Assembly (NCBI GenBank): GCA_963717845.1 | Contig: CAVQXH010000001.1 | Coordinates: 45,825 to 109,824, forward strand | Source of the DNA: an uncultured Actinomycetes bacterium | Lineage (GTDB): Bacteria; Actinomycetota; Thermoleophilia; Gaiellales; JAICJC01 | Direction: 5' to 3' | DNA: 64,000 bases | In this document: piece by piece, positions 39,241-49,042 of the stretch | How positions within the stretch are numbered: the first letter of the stretch is position 1 | Layout: each line of letters opens with the position of its first letter | The notes under the pieces: model-generated | The model's input: only the letters and a program-made list of their open reading frames with translations | Databases searched by the model: none | Told to the model about the DNA's origin: nothing | Made by a program: the position numbers and the translations under genes

Positions 39241-39928
39241 GTGTTCGAGCGGTTCACAGAAGGCGCCCGCCAGGTGGTGGTGCTGGCCCAGGATGAGGCC
39301 CGGCTGCTCGGGCACGGCCATGTCGGCACCGAGCACCTCCTGCTGGGGCTTGTGCGCGAGCGCGAGGGTGTCGCGGCCCGCGTCCTGGCCGCGTTCGATA
39401 TGACGGAGGAGTCGGTGCGGGCGAAGGTCGCGGCGATCGTCGACCCCGGCGAGCGGTCGAGCGCCGGTGCGGTGCCGTTCACGCCGTCAGCCACGGCGGC
39501 GCTTGATCGCGCGTGGAACGAGGCGCTTGCCCTGGGCCACGCCTGCGTCGACACCCATCATGTTCTGCTGGGATTGGTGCGCGTGAAGGAGGGGGTCGCC
39601 GCCCGCGTTCTGCTCGAGTTCGATGCCGACCCGGACAGGCTGCGGGACGAAGTCACGCGCATGCTGTCGGACCCGAAGGCGTGGCGAGGAGCGGCCCGCT
39701 CCCGGCGATGCCGCCGGCGGGTCGTCCGCCGCGGGGTCGCGGCACCACCAAGAGCGAGCGCACCTGATCGTCGCCTGCCCGGGGTGCTCGACCCCGATCG
39801 AGACGATCACCACCGACCGGCCCAACACCAGATTCAACGTCGCCGCCGAGGGCGACCGCACCTGCCCCGGATGCGGGAAGGAGTGGAGGATCGCCTACAC
39901 CGTGTCCTGGGACGAGCGCCTGGGGTAG
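39241..39928 (+). pseudogene. Clp_N (double repeat) domain protein with C-terminal CPGC...CPGC zinc ribbon; frames differ as given
   Basis: N-terminus is MFERFTEGARQVVVLAQDEARLLGHGHVGTEHLLLGL plus a second repeat HVLLGLVRVKEGVAARVL. The zinc-ribbon tail HLIVACPGCSTPIETI...RTCPGCGKEWRIAYTVSWDERLG stop lies in the +1 frame, with the junction at about 39686. Frame 1 otherwise stays open across tRNA-Ser to 40608. Confidence 0.65.
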
Positions 39929-39987
39929 ACGACCCGGTTGGGTGGTCATCGCGCGTCGCGAGCATGCACCCGCGGACGCTGCGGAAG

Positions 39988-40077
39988 CGGAGAGGGCGGG
40001 ATTCGAACCCGCGAACGAGGAAACCCCCGTTACGCGATTTCCAGTCGCGCTCCTTAAGCCAACTCGGACACCTCTCC
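39988..40077 (-). tRNA. tRNA-Ser (anticodon GGA)
   Basis: The reverse complement reads GGAGAGGTGTCCGAGTTGGCTTAAGGAGCGCGACTGGAAATCGCG...long variable arm...GCGGGTTCGAATCCCGCCCTCTCCG. It has a class II tRNA shape. Confidence 0.9.
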
Positions 40078-40179
40078 GGGCCGACGCAGTATGCCATCCC
40101 GCTTGCCGCACGCGACCGGATTCGGGATAGTAGGCTGGAGAGGGCACGTTCCACCGGCGACGAAACGAGGTACACACGC

Positions 40180-40608
40180 ATGGCCGACGAACGCTTCGAG
40201 ACATTGCGAAAGGTTTCTCTGTTCGAAGGGCTTTCCGATCGTGAGCTCGAAGCCGTGGCGCACGCCGCGAAGGAACGCCGCTTCGACACCGGCGACACGG
40301 TGGTCGTCGAGGGCGAGGGCGGCGTCGGCTTCTTCGTCGTCGCCGACGGCACGGCCCGGGTCGAGGCCCATGGCAAGCGGCTGGGGGCGATCTCGTCCGG
40401 CGCATCCTTCGGCGAGGTCGCGCTCCTCGACGACGGCGGCCGCAGGAGCGCCACGGTCATCGCGGAGTCGCCGCTGCGCGTGTACGGGCTGACCGCGTGG
40501 CAGTTCACGCCGCTGCTCGAGCAGCACCCGTCGATCGCGGTCAAGATCGCCAAGATGCTCGCCCGCCGCCTGCGCGAGGCGGAGGAGCGGGCTGCGGCGG
40601 GCGACTAG
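40180..40608 (+). CDS. Stand-alone cyclic-nucleotide-binding domain protein
   Basis: ATG at 40180 after ACGAGG. cNMP-binding pattern LFEGLSDRELEAV...GDTVVVEGEGGVGFFVV...FGEVALL. No HTH output domain. Confidence 0.8.
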   Translation: MADERFETLRKVSLFEGLSDRELEAVAHAAKERRFDTGDTVVVEGEGGVGFFVVADGTARVEAHGKRLGAISSGASFGEVALLDDGGRRSATVIAESPLRVYGLTAWQFTPLLEQHPSIAVKIAKMLARRLREAEERAAAGD

Positions 40609-40622
40609 CTGATACAGTCTGC

Positions 40623-40897
40623 GCGACCGTGCTAGGCGGGGAGATAGCGGTTCCCTGTACCGGCAATCCGCTCTAGCCGGGCTGAATTCCCGCCCCAGGG
40701 GCGGTCGGATTCGGGAGAGGGCCTGCGCAGTTGGTGTCGATCGCCAGGTCCCACGCAACGGAGACTTGCGAACCGCGTCAGGTCCGGAAGGAAGCAGCGC
40801 TAAGCAATGTCACCCGGGTGCCGTGGGCGAGCCTGGCAGGAGCCGGCGACGTGAGCACCGCCCGGGACCGGCGCTTCGAAGGCGGGTGCACGGTCGC
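40623..40897 (+). ncRNA. ffs: Signal recognition particle RNA, long (Bacillus-type, Alu-domain-containing) form
   Basis: The conserved domain IV motif GTCAGGTCCGGAAGGAAGCAGC lies at 40777-40798. The 5' part CGTGCTAGGCGGGGAGATAGCGGTTCCCTGTACCGGCAATCCGCTCTAGCCGGGCTGAATTCCC closely matches the B. subtilis scRNA Alu domain as I recall it. The termini GCGACCGTGC / GCACGGTCGC pair. It sits immediately upstream of dnaX. Confidence 0.8.
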
Positions 40898-40969
40898 TTC
40901 TCCCACCCCTGCGGGGCCGCGCCCGCGACGGTCGGGCTCCGCCGCCCTGCATCGGTAAGCTGCAGGGGC

Positions 40970-42667
40970 ATGTCCGCCCTCTACCGCAAGCACCGGCCGC
41001 GTGACTTCGACGAGTTCGCGCCCGGCCAGCCGCACGTCGTGCAGACGCTGCGAAACGCGGTCGAGATGGACCGGGTGGCCCACGCCTACCTGTTCGCCGG
41101 GCCGCGCGGCACCGGCAAGACCTCGATGGCGAAGATCCTGGCGAAGGCGCTCAACTGCGAGCGGGGGCCGACGACGAGCCCGTGCCTGCAGTGCGAGTCG
41201 TGCCGCACCATCCACGACGCCACCTCGATCGACGTGATCGAGCTCGACGCCGCCAGCCACCGCGGCATCGACGACATCCGCGAGATCCGCGACCGGGTGG
41301 CGCTGCAGCCGGTGCGGGGGCGGCGCAAGGTGTACATCATCGACGAGGCCCACATGCTGACGAAGGAGGCCTCGAACGCGGTGCTGAAGACGCTCGAGGA
41401 GCCGCCCGCCCACGCCGTCTTCGTGCTCTGCACGACCGAGATGGCGGCGATGCTGCCCACGATCCGCAGCCGCTGCCAGCGCTTCGCGTTCGCCCGCCCC
41501 GGCCTGCCCGAGATCTCCACCGTCCTGCACCGCATCGCCCGCGCCGAGTCGATCGAGATCGAGCCGGCCGCGGTCGCGGTGATCGCCCGGGCGGCGGCGG
41601 GCAGCTTCCGCGACGCGGTCTCGGCGCTCGACCAGCTGGCCACCGCCTGCCCCGACGCGATCACGGTCGCCGACGTCAGGAACCTGCTCGGCACGACCGA
41701 CGCCGAGGTGCTCTTCCGGACGCTCGACCTGGTGGCCGCCGGCGACGCCGCCGGGTGCCTGCGCCTGGTCGACGCGCAGGCTGACTCCGGCGCCGACCTG
41801 AGCATGCTCGTGAGCGACCTGCTCGGCCATCTGCGCTGGCTGTTCCTGCACCAGCAGCTGGGCGAGCTGCCGGCCGACGCCCCCCTCACCGACGACGAGC
41901 GGCGCGCGCATCGGCGCGCAGGCCGAGCGGGTCAGCCCGGCGGCCGTGCACCGGCTCGTCGACATGCTGCGCGACGTGCTCGAGCAGGTGCGCGACGGCG
42001 CCGACCCGCGGCTGCCGCTCGAGCTCGCGCTCGTGCGCGTGTGCCGGCCCGCCGCCGAGCTCTCGGTCGAGGCGCTCGGGCAGCGCATCTCGGCGCTCGA
42101 GGCGCGCGTGGGCGGAGCCGCCCCGGCCGCCGCCGCGCCGGCCCCCGTGGCGCCGCACGCCCCCGCCCGCACCTGCTGCCACCGTCGCGCCGGCCCCCGC
42201 CGCCGCTCCTCCGCCGCCGGCCGCCGAGGCCGCCGAGCCGCGCGCCGCCGCCCCCGCCCGGGCCGGCTGCCGCCGCCGCGGTCGCACCTGACCTGGAACA
42301 GCTGACCGCGAGCTGGAGCGACGCGATCGTGCCCGAGATCGGCCGCCGGTCGGTGCCGCTGCAGTCGCTGATGCAGCACGCGAGCCCCCGCTCGCTCGGC
42401 GACGGCGAGGTCGTGCTGGCCTTCCCCCGCTCGCACCAGTTCGCCCTCACCACGGCCGACTCGCCGCCCAATCGCGAGGTGCTCGAGTCCGTGCTCGGTC
42501 AGGCCGTCGGCTCGCCCGTGCGCGTACGCCTCGAGGTGGCCGCAGCCGAGACCGACGCCGCGGCGCCCCCGCCGCCCGCGCCGGAGACGAAGCCGCTCGA
42601 CGAGAACGACCTTTTGAGTGAGCTCAAGGAGAAGTTCGACGCCCGCGAGATCGAGGAGCGCACGTGA
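40970..42667 (+). CDS. dnaX: DNA polymerase III subunit gamma/tau; internal segment reads correctly only in other frames
   Basis: The N-terminus has [30 protein letters not shown] and SRCQRF. The ORF is open end to end. Between about 41909 and about 42260, frame 2 is Arg-rich nonsense, while the +1 frame gives [44 protein letters not shown]. Confidence 0.9.
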   Translation: MSALYRKHRPRDFDEFAPGQPHVVQTLRNAVEMDRVAHAYLFAGPRGTGKTSMAKILAKALNCERGPTTSPCLQCESCRTIHDATSIDVIELDAASHRGIDDIREIRDRVALQPVRGRRKVYIIDEAHMLTKEASNAVLKTLEEPPAHAVFVLCTTEMAAMLPTIRSRCQRFAFARPGLPEISTVLHRIARAESIEIEPAAVAVIARAAAGSFRDAVSALDQLATACPDAITVADVRNLLGTTDAEVLFRTLDLVAAGDAAGCLRLVDAQADSGADLSMLVSDLLGHLRWLFLHQQLGELPADAPLTDDERRAHRRAGRAGQPGGRAPARRHAARRARAGARRRRPAAAARARARARVPARRRALGRGARAAHLGARGARGRSRPGRRRAGPRGAARPRPHLLPPSRRPPPPLLRRRPPRPPSRAPPPPPGPAAAAAVAPDLEQLTASWSDAIVPEIGRRSVPLQSLMQHASPRSLGDGEVVLAFPRSHQFALTTADSPPNREVLESVLGQAVGSPVRVRLEVAAAETDAAAPPPPAPETKPLDENDLLSELKEKFDAREIEERT

Positions 42668-42996
42668 CCAAGATCGACCCTCAGAAGATGATGGCCCAGC
42701 TGGGCAAGATGCAGGAGCAGATGGCGCAGGCCCAGGAGGAGCTGAAGACGGCCTACGTCGAGCACAGCGCGGGCGGCGGCGCCGTGACCGTGAAGGCGTC
42801 GGGCGCGCTCGAGATCGCCGACATCCGGATCAAGCCGGAGGCGATCGACCCGGACGACCCGGAGATGCTCCAGGACCTGCTCGTCTCGGCCGTCAACGGC
42901 GCGATCGCCGCCGCGCAGCAGCTGCAGCAGCAGAAGATGATGGGGCAGCTCGGCGGAGCCGGCGGACTGGGCGGGCTCGGCCTTCCCGGGATGTAG
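42664..42996 (+). CDS. ybaB: Nucleoid-associated protein YbaB/EbfC
   Basis: 110-aa ORF containing [19 protein letters not shown]...[11 protein letters not shown]. The GTG overlaps the dnaX stop. Confidence 0.9.
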   Translation: MTKIDPQKMMAQLGKMQEQMAQAQEELKTAYVEHSAGGGAVTVKASGALEIADIRIKPEAIDPDDPEMLQDLLVSAVNGAIAAAQQLQQQKMMGQLGGAGGLGGLGLPGM

Positions 42997-43587
42997 GTGT
43001 ACGCCCCCTCGGTCGACAACCTGATCGTCCAGCTCGCGCGCCTGCCGGGCGTCGGCCGCCGCACCGCCCAGCGGCTCGCGTTCCACCTGCTGAAGGCGTC
43101 CGAGGCCGATGCCCTCGCCCTCGCCGACGCGATCCGCGAGGTGAAGGAGCGGATCGGCTTCTGCACCGAGTGCGGCAACCTGGCCGAGGAGCCGCTGTGC
43201 CCGATCTGCGCCGACGCCCGCCGCGACCGCTCGCTGATCTGCGTGGTCGAGGATCCGTCCGACCTGGTCGCCCTCGAGCGGACGCACGAGTATCGCGGCC
43301 TCTATCACGTGCTGGGCGGAGCGCTCTCGCCGATCGACGGCGTCGACCCCGAGCACCTGCGCATCGCCGAGCTGGTCGCCCGGGTCGAGTCGGGCGGAGT
43401 GACCGAGGTGCTCCTGGCGACGAACCCGACGATGACCGGCGAGGCGACCGCCGCCTACCTCGCCGACCGCCTGCGCGGGCGCACGCGCGTCACCCGGCTC
43501 GCGAGCGGGCTGCCCGTGGGCGGCGACCTGGAGTACGCCGACGAGGTCACGCTCGGGCGAGCGCTGGCCGGAAGGAGGGAGATGTGA
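42997..43587 (+). CDS. recR: Recombination protein RecR
   Basis: Contains [20 protein letters not shown], a C4 zinc finger [16 protein letters not shown], and a Toprim domain. Confidence 0.95.
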   Translation: MYAPSVDNLIVQLARLPGVGRRTAQRLAFHLLKASEADALALADAIREVKERIGFCTECGNLAEEPLCPICADARRDRSLICVVEDPSDLVALERTHEYRGLYHVLGGALSPIDGVDPEHLRIAELVARVESGGVTEVLLATNPTMTGEATAAYLADRLRGRTRVTRLASGLPVGGDLEYADEVTLGRALAGRREM

Positions 43588-44987
43588 CCGCCGAGCCCGA
43601 CCACCTCCGGCCGGATACCACCGCCGACCCGGCGGCGATGCACACCGTCACGACCGCCACGGAGGCGGTGGCCGACGACGTCGTCGCCTACGTCCGCGAG
43701 CGCCTGCACAGCGCTCCCCGGGCATTCGCGCCGCCGCGCACGCCGGAGGAGCTCGCGGCGGCGGCGGGAGAGACCGTGACCGAGGAGGGCATCGGCGGCG
43801 AGGCGGCCCTGCAGATCTTCGCCGAGACGCTCGCCCCGGCCAGCGTCCCGATCGAGAACCCGCGCTTCCTGGCGTTCATCCCCGCCGCGCCCTCCCAGGC
43901 CGCCAAGCTGTTCGACATGGCGCTCGCGGCAACGCCGATGTATGCGGGCAGCTGGCGCAGCGCCGCCGGCACCGTCTACGCCGAGAACCAGGCCCTGCGC
44001 TGGCTGGCCGACCTGGCCGGGATGCCGGCCGCGGCGGGCGGGTGCTTCGTGCAGGGCGGCACGGTCGGCAACCTGTCCGCGCTCGTGGCCGCGCGGCACG
44101 CGTTCGTGGCCGAGCACGGGCGTCCGCCCGGCCGGCTGCGGCTGGCGGCGACCGACCAGGCCCACTCCTCGGTCGCGGCGGCGGCCGCGGTCATGGACGC
44201 CGAGATCCTTGCGATCCCACCGGACGCCCACGGCCGGCTGACGGGCGCGGCCCTGGAGGACGCCCTGCAGCGCGACGGCGGCGAGGGCGTGTTCGCGGTC
44301 GCCGCGACCGGCGGCACCACGAACCTCGGCGTGATCGACGACCTGGCCGGCATCGCCGAGGTGTGCAGCCGGCGCGGGCTGTGGTTCCACATCGACGCCG
44401 CATACGGCGGCGCCGCGCTCGCCGCCCCGTCGGTGCGGCCGCGGTTTGCCGGGGTCGAGCGGTGCGACTCGATCATCATCGACCCGCACAAGTGGCTGTT
44501 TGCGCCCTTCGACTGCTGCGCGCTCCTCTACCGCCTGCCCGAGCTGGCGCAGGCCGCCCACCGCCAGCATGCGGGCTACCTCGACGCGGCCCGCGTCGGC
44601 AGCGACTGGAACCCCTCGGACTTCGGCATCCACCTCACCCGGCGCGCCCGCGGACTGCCGTTCTGGTTCTCGCTCGCCGCCCACGGCACGCGCGCCTACA
44701 CCGACGCCGTCGAGCAGGCGCTGTCCGTGGCCCGCGCGGCGCAGGCCGACATCGAGCGGCGGCCCTACCTCGAGCTCGTGAACGAGCCCGACCTGACGGT
44801 GCTCTGCATCCGCCGCATCGGCTGGTCGGCCGAGGACTACCGCCGCTGGAGCGCGGGACTCCTGGCCGACGGCCTCGCGATGGTCACGCCGACCGAGGTC
44901 GACGGCGAGATCATGACGCGCATCTGCGTCGTCAACCCGCGCACGACCGAGGCCGACATCGGCATGATCCTGGATACGATGGCGTGA
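43584..44987 (+). CDS. Group II pyridoxal-dependent decarboxylase
   Basis: Motifs [10 protein letters not shown] and [12 protein letters not shown] (PLP lysine). The GTG at 43584 overlaps the recR stop. An ATG further in is possible. Confidence 0.8.
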   Translation: MTAEPDHLRPDTTADPAAMHTVTTATEAVADDVVAYVRERLHSAPRAFAPPRTPEELAAAAGETVTEEGIGGEAALQIFAETLAPASVPIENPRFLAFIPAAPSQAAKLFDMALAATPMYAGSWRSAAGTVYAENQALRWLADLAGMPAAAGGCFVQGGTVGNLSALVAARHAFVAEHGRPPGRLRLAATDQAHSSVAAAAAVMDAEILAIPPDAHGRLTGAALEDALQRDGGEGVFAVAATGGTTNLGVIDDLAGIAEVCSRRGLWFHIDAAYGGAALAAPSVRPRFAGVERCDSIIIDPHKWLFAPFDCCALLYRLPELAQAAHRQHAGYLDAARVGSDWNPSDFGIHLTRRARGLPFWFSLAAHGTRAYTDAVEQALSVARAAQADIERRPYLELVNEPDLTVLCIRRIGWSAEDYRRWSAGLLADGLAMVTPTEVDGEIMTRICVVNPRTTEADIGMILDTMA

Positions 44988-46252
44988 TGGCCCAGCCCGA
45001 GTCGCAGCCCGTGGCCGGCCGTGTGCTGGTGATGAAGTTCGGCGGCACGTCCGTCGCCGACGCCGACAAGATCCGCCGCGTCGCCGCCCGGCTCGTGGCC
45101 GCCCACCTGGCCGGCCGCTCGGTCGTCGGAGTGGTGTCGGCGATGGGCCACACCACCGATCAGCTCGTCGACCTGGCCGAGCAGGTGTCGCCGCGGCCGC
45201 ACCCGCGCGAGATGGACATGCTGCTCTCGACCGGCGAGCGGATCACCGCCGCGCTGTGCGCGATGGCGATCAACGACCTCGGCCACCATGCCGTGTCGCT
45301 GACCGGCTCGCAGGCCGGGATCGTGACCGACACCGTCCACACCAAGGCCAAGATCGTCGAGATCCGGCCGCGGCGGATCTCCGAGGCGCTCGATCGCGGC
45401 GAGATCGTGCTCGTGGCCGGGTTCCAGGGCGTCTCCACCGCCTACGACGTCACCACCCTCGGCCGGGGCGGGTCGGACACGACGGCGGTCGCCCTCGCGG
45501 CGGCCCTCGACGGCGACTGCGAGATCTACACCGACGTCGACGGCGTCTTCACGGCCGATCCGCGCATCGTCGCGGATGCCCGCCTGCTGCGCTCGGTCTC
45601 GCCGATGGAGATGCTCGAGATGGCCGGCTCGGGCGCCCGCGTGCTGCAGCTGCGCGCGGTCGAGTTCGGCCGCAACCACGACGTCCCGATCCACGTGCGG
45701 TCGACGTTCTCCGACGCACAGGGAACCTGGATCCGCGAAGATGCGGGCATGGAGGACGCGATCATCTCGGGGATCACGCATACGACGGACGAGGCCTACG
45801 TCACCCTGACCGACGTCCCCGACCAGCCCGGCACCGCCGCCAGCATCTTCAACGCCGTCGCCGCCGCGAACATCAACGTCGACACGATCATCCAGAACGC
45901 CGTCACCCACGGCGACGCCGACATCACGTTCTCGGTGCCGATGGACGACCTGGCGCTCATGACCGACACCATCGAGGGCCTGTGCCGCGATCTGGGCCTG
46001 CACTGGCGCTTCGACGACACCGCCGCGAAGGTGAGCATGATCGGGGCGGGCATGAAGAGCAACCCGGGCGTCGCCGCCCGCATGTTCCAGGTGCTCGCCG
46101 ACCGGCGCATCAACGTGCGCATGATCGCGACCTCGCCGATCAAGGTGTCGTGCGTGATCGACGCCACCCGCGTCGACGAGGCCGTGGCCGCCCTGCACGA
46201 CGCCTTCCAGGCCGAGCTGCAGATCGCCGCCGACGGAGCGCTCGGTGTCTAG
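44987..46252 (+). CDS. ask: Aspartate kinase
   Basis: Contains [24 protein letters not shown] and two C-terminal ACT domains. TGATG junction with the upstream gene. An in-frame internal ATG at 45749 (MEDAIISGI) matches the position of the actinobacterial beta-subunit start. Confidence 0.95.
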   Translation: MAQPESQPVAGRVLVMKFGGTSVADADKIRRVAARLVAAHLAGRSVVGVVSAMGHTTDQLVDLAEQVSPRPHPREMDMLLSTGERITAALCAMAINDLGHHAVSLTGSQAGIVTDTVHTKAKIVEIRPRRISEALDRGEIVLVAGFQGVSTAYDVTTLGRGGSDTTAVALAAALDGDCEIYTDVDGVFTADPRIVADARLLRSVSPMEMLEMAGSGARVLQLRAVEFGRNHDVPIHVRSTFSDAQGTWIREDAGMEDAIISGITHTTDEAYVTLTDVPDQPGTAASIFNAVAAANINVDTIIQNAVTHGDADITFSVPMDDLALMTDTIEGLCRDLGLHWRFDDTAAKVSMIGAGMKSNPGVAARMFQVLADRRINVRMIATSPIKVSCVIDATRVDEAVAALHDAFQAELQIAADGALGV

Positions 46253-47279
46253 GCCGCGCGTCGCGGTGGTGGGCGCGACCGGCGCGGTCGGGCCGATCGT
46301 GCTCGAGGTGCTGCACGAGCGCGGCTTCCCGGCCGCCGAGGTGGCCGCATTCGCGTCGGCCCGCTCCGCCGGCTCCCGGGTGGCCTTCGCCGGGGAGGAG
46401 CTCGAGGTGCGTGAGCTCACCGCAGACGCGCTCGAGGGCTTCGACCTGGCGCTGTTCTCGGCCGGGGGCTCGACCTCCAGGCGCTACGCCCCCGAGGCGG
46501 TCGCGCGCGGCTGCGTCGTGGTCGACAAGTCGAGCGCGTTTCGCATGGACGCGGACGTGCCGCTGGTGGTGCCCGAGGTGAACCCCGAGGCGGCCGACGC
46601 CCACCGCGGCATCGTCTCGAACCCGAACTGCTCGACGATCCAGCTGGTCGCCGCGCTCAAGCCCCTGCACGACGCGGCCGGCCTCACCCACGTGACCGTG
46701 GCCACCTATCAGGCCGTGTCCGGCACCGGCGCCGCCGCGATCGAGGAGCTGCGCAGCCAGTCGCAGACGGTGCTCGCCGGCGACCCGGCGACGCCGTCGG
46801 TGTACCCGCACCAGATCGCGTTCAACGTCCTGCCCCAGTGCGAGGTGTTCGACGGCGACAGCACGCTCGAGGAGACGAAGCTCATCCACGAGACGCACAA
46901 GATCCTGGGCGACTCGAGCATCGGCATCAGCACCACCTGCGTGCGCGTGCCGGTCTGGCGCGGCCACTCCGAGGCCGTGTGGATCGAGACGCGCGATCCG
47001 CTCGGTGCCGCCCGGGCGCGCGAGCTGCTGCACCGGGCGCCCGGCGTGCGCGTCGTCGACGACCCCGCCGCCGGCGCCTACCCGCTTCCCTCGGTCGCCG
47101 CGGGCACGGATGATGTACTCGTGGGCCGCATTCGCGACGACGTCACCCGCCGCAACGGCCTCAGCCTCTGGGTCGTGGCCGACAACCTGCGCAAGGGCGC
47201 CGCCACGAACGGCGTCCAGATCGCCGAGCTCCTCGTCGAGCGCGGCCTCGTCCGTGTCCCCGACCGGGCGGCCGCCTGA
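46245..47279 (+). CDS. asd: Aspartate-semialdehyde dehydrogenase
   Basis: Contains [11 protein letters not shown] and the active-site sequence SNPNCSTIQ. 344 aa. Confidence 0.95.
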   Translation: MSRPRVAVVGATGAVGPIVLEVLHERGFPAAEVAAFASARSAGSRVAFAGEELEVRELTADALEGFDLALFSAGGSTSRRYAPEAVARGCVVVDKSSAFRMDADVPLVVPEVNPEAADAHRGIVSNPNCSTIQLVAALKPLHDAAGLTHVTVATYQAVSGTGAAAIEELRSQSQTVLAGDPATPSVYPHQIAFNVLPQCEVFDGDSTLEETKLIHETHKILGDSSIGISTTCVRVPVWRGHSEAVWIETRDPLGAARARELLHRAPGVRVVDDPAAGAYPLPSVAAGTDDVLVGRIRDDVTRRNGLSLWVVADNLRKGAATNGVQIAELLVERGLVRVPDRAAA

Positions 47280-47734
47280 TGCCGGTGGCAGGGCGGGGCC
47301 GGTTGTGCCCCGTTTGCCTGCGTCCGGCCAAGGACGGCGCCTGCCCCGAGCACGGGCCGTGGGGGCCGCACCAGCTCGCGACCGCCGACGACCGGCGGGC
47401 GGCGGCGCGGGCCTCGTGGCTGCCGTTCGAGCCGGTGCTGCACGCCTGTCCCCGCTGCCTCGGCGAGGTGGCCGAGGGCCGGCGCGGGTTCGAGTGCGTC
47501 GACCATGCCAGCGCCCGCGACCCGCACGGCCCGTTCCTGGTGGACGAGCTGCTCGGCGTGAGCGCGCAGCGCGACGCGGCGGCGAGCCGCGCCCGCCTGG
47601 CCCGGCGGGCGCAGGCGCAGAGCCGGCCGCGGCCGCAGCTGCCCGCACTCCCGCTGCCCGACGCCGCCCGGCTGTGGCGCCTCATCGCAGCGGCGACCGT
47701 GCTCGCGGCGACCGTCGCCTTCCTGTCGCGGTAG
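47279..47734 (+). CDS. Cys-rich (two CxxC pairs) tail-anchored membrane protein, unknown function
   Basis: The ATG overlaps the asd stop (TGATG). It contains CPVC...CPEH and CPRC...CVDH, plus a C-terminal hydrophobic helix LWRLIAAATVLAATVAFL. Confidence 0.4.
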   Translation: MPVAGRGRLCPVCLRPAKDGACPEHGPWGPHQLATADDRRAAARASWLPFEPVLHACPRCLGEVAEGRRGFECVDHASARDPHGPFLVDELLGVSAQRDAAASRARLARRAQAQSRPRPQLPALPLPDAARLWRLIAAATVLAATVAFLSR

Positions 47735-47740
47735 CCGCCT

Positions 47741-48424
47741 CTAGACCGTGCCGTTGGCGATCGGCGTCGTCGTCGGCTGCTTCGTGCCGCCCGCCGGCTC
47801 GATGGTGATCGCGATGACGTCGCCGGGCTTGGCCGGCTTCGTCAGCTCGAGCTTGATCGTGCCGCCGCCCTGGAACACGCCCGCGGGCACGGCCACCTTG
47901 CCGCGGATCACCCACGCCTCGTAGGTCTTGCCGGCGGGCAGCGGACGGGCGCTGGCAAAGAGCGTCGGGCGCCCGCCGGGATTCGTGAGGACGCTGCCGA
48001 AGCTGCCGATCTTGGCGACGTGTCCTTGGCTGAGCGGCCCTTTCAGTGAGGACACCTGATTTCGCAGCGACACGTTCCAGACCAGCATGCCGATCACCGC
48101 GGCGGCCATGACCGGCACCGCGATCGCGGCGAAGCGGGGCCACCAGGCCGGCCGCGACGCGCGCCGCGGCGGCGCGGCGGGCGCCGGCACAGCCGCCGGG
48201 GCCTCGACCACCGGGGCGACGGCCGCGAGGATGCGGTCGCGCAGCTCGGGAGGTGGGGCGACCGCCGGCGCCGCGTAGGCGAGCGACGCGGCCACGGCCT
48301 CGGCCTCGCGCAGCTGACGGCGGCAGCGATCGCATTCGGCGACATGCAGCGCGACCCGCTCCTCGTCGTCAGAGGAGAGCGCGTGCACGGCCTGGCCGTA
48401 GATCAGCTCGTCGACGTGTTCCAC
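47741..48424 (-). CDS. Anti-sigma factor (zf-HC2 N-terminus, TM, RskA-like C-domain)
   Basis: HVAECDRCRRQL motif, a central TM segment, and C-terminal KTYEAWVI...ITIEPAGG. It overlaps the sigma gene by 22 nt. Confidence 0.75.
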   Translation of the reverse strand: MEHVDELIYGQAVHALSSDDEERVALHVAECDRCRRQLREAEAVAASLAYAAPAVAPPPELRDRILAAVAPVVEAPAAVPAPAAPPRRASRPAWWPRFAAIAVPVMAAAVIGMLVWNVSLRNQVSSLKGPLSQGHVAKIGSFGSVLTNPGGRPTLFASARPLPAGKTYEAWVIRGKVAVPAGVFQGGGTIKLELTKPAKPGDVIAITIEPAGGTKQPTTTPIANGTV

Positions 48425-49020
48425 TCGTCCTCCGGGTGCAGGCCTGCCGCCCCGAGCGCGTCGCGCAGCGCCCGCATCGCGGCGAAGGTGCGGCTCTTGA
48501 CGGTGCCGATGGGAACGGCGAGGCGATCGGCGAGCTCCGACTGGGAGTATCCCGCGAAGTAGGCCAGCTCGATCACCTCGCGATGCGGATCGGGCAGCCG
48601 CCGCAGGGCCTCGCGCACATGCCCGCGGGCGACGCCCCGCCAGGCCTGCTCGTCGACGGGCGGGTCGGTCGCGGCGCGGTCGCCGACGATGTCGAGCGGC
48701 TCGGTGCGGCGGCGCTGCTCGCGCCGCACCATGTCAACCGCCTTGTGATGGGTCATCGTCATGATCCAGGTCGAGGGCTGTCCGCGGGCCGGGTCGAACT
48801 GCGTCGCCCCTGTCCACACGGCCAAGAACACGTTCTGCACGACGTCTGCCGCGAGATCGCGGTCACGCACGATCCGCGCGGCCAGCGAGTAGGCGGCGGG
48901 ACCGTACAGGTCGTACAGCCTCGCGAACGCCTCTCGATCGCCACGCCCTATCAGGGCGAGCAACCCGTGATCCGACAGGTGCTCCACCCGTCCTTCCTTT
49001 GGTGTGTCGCCAGAGTGCAT
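48403..49020 (-). CDS. ECF (group IV) RNA polymerase sigma factor
   Basis: Region 2 FARLYDLYGPAAYSLA...DVVQNVFLAVW and region 4 REVIELAYFAGYSQSELADRLAVPIGTVKSR. The true start may be internal. Confidence 0.85.
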   Translation of the reverse strand: MHSGDTPKEGRVEHLSDHGLLALIGRGDREAFARLYDLYGPAAYSLAARIVRDRDLAADVVQNVFLAVWTGATQFDPARGQPSTWIMTMTHHKAVDMVRREQRRRTEPLDIVGDRAATDPPVDEQAWRGVARGHVREALRRLPDPHREVIELAYFAGYSQSELADRLAVPIGTVKSRTFAAMRALRDALGAAGLHPEDEWNTSTS

Positions 49021-49042
49021 TCGCCGCCGCCTCGTCCTCGGT

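Noticed and set aside
39929-40608. Continuation of the Clp_N frame as a 455-aa ORF (39241..40608).
   Set aside because: It runs across the tRNA-Ser gene and fuses by chance with the in-frame cNMP-binding gene. That gene has its own ATG (40180) and RBS. The stretch between is Arg-rich nonsense.
41880-41940. Classical programmed -1 ribosomal frameshift or transcriptional slippage site in dnaX, producing tau and gamma.
   Set aside because: There is no A AAA AAG-type heptamer or A-run at the junction. The required shift is +1, not -1. The shifted segment encodes the collar region needed by both products.
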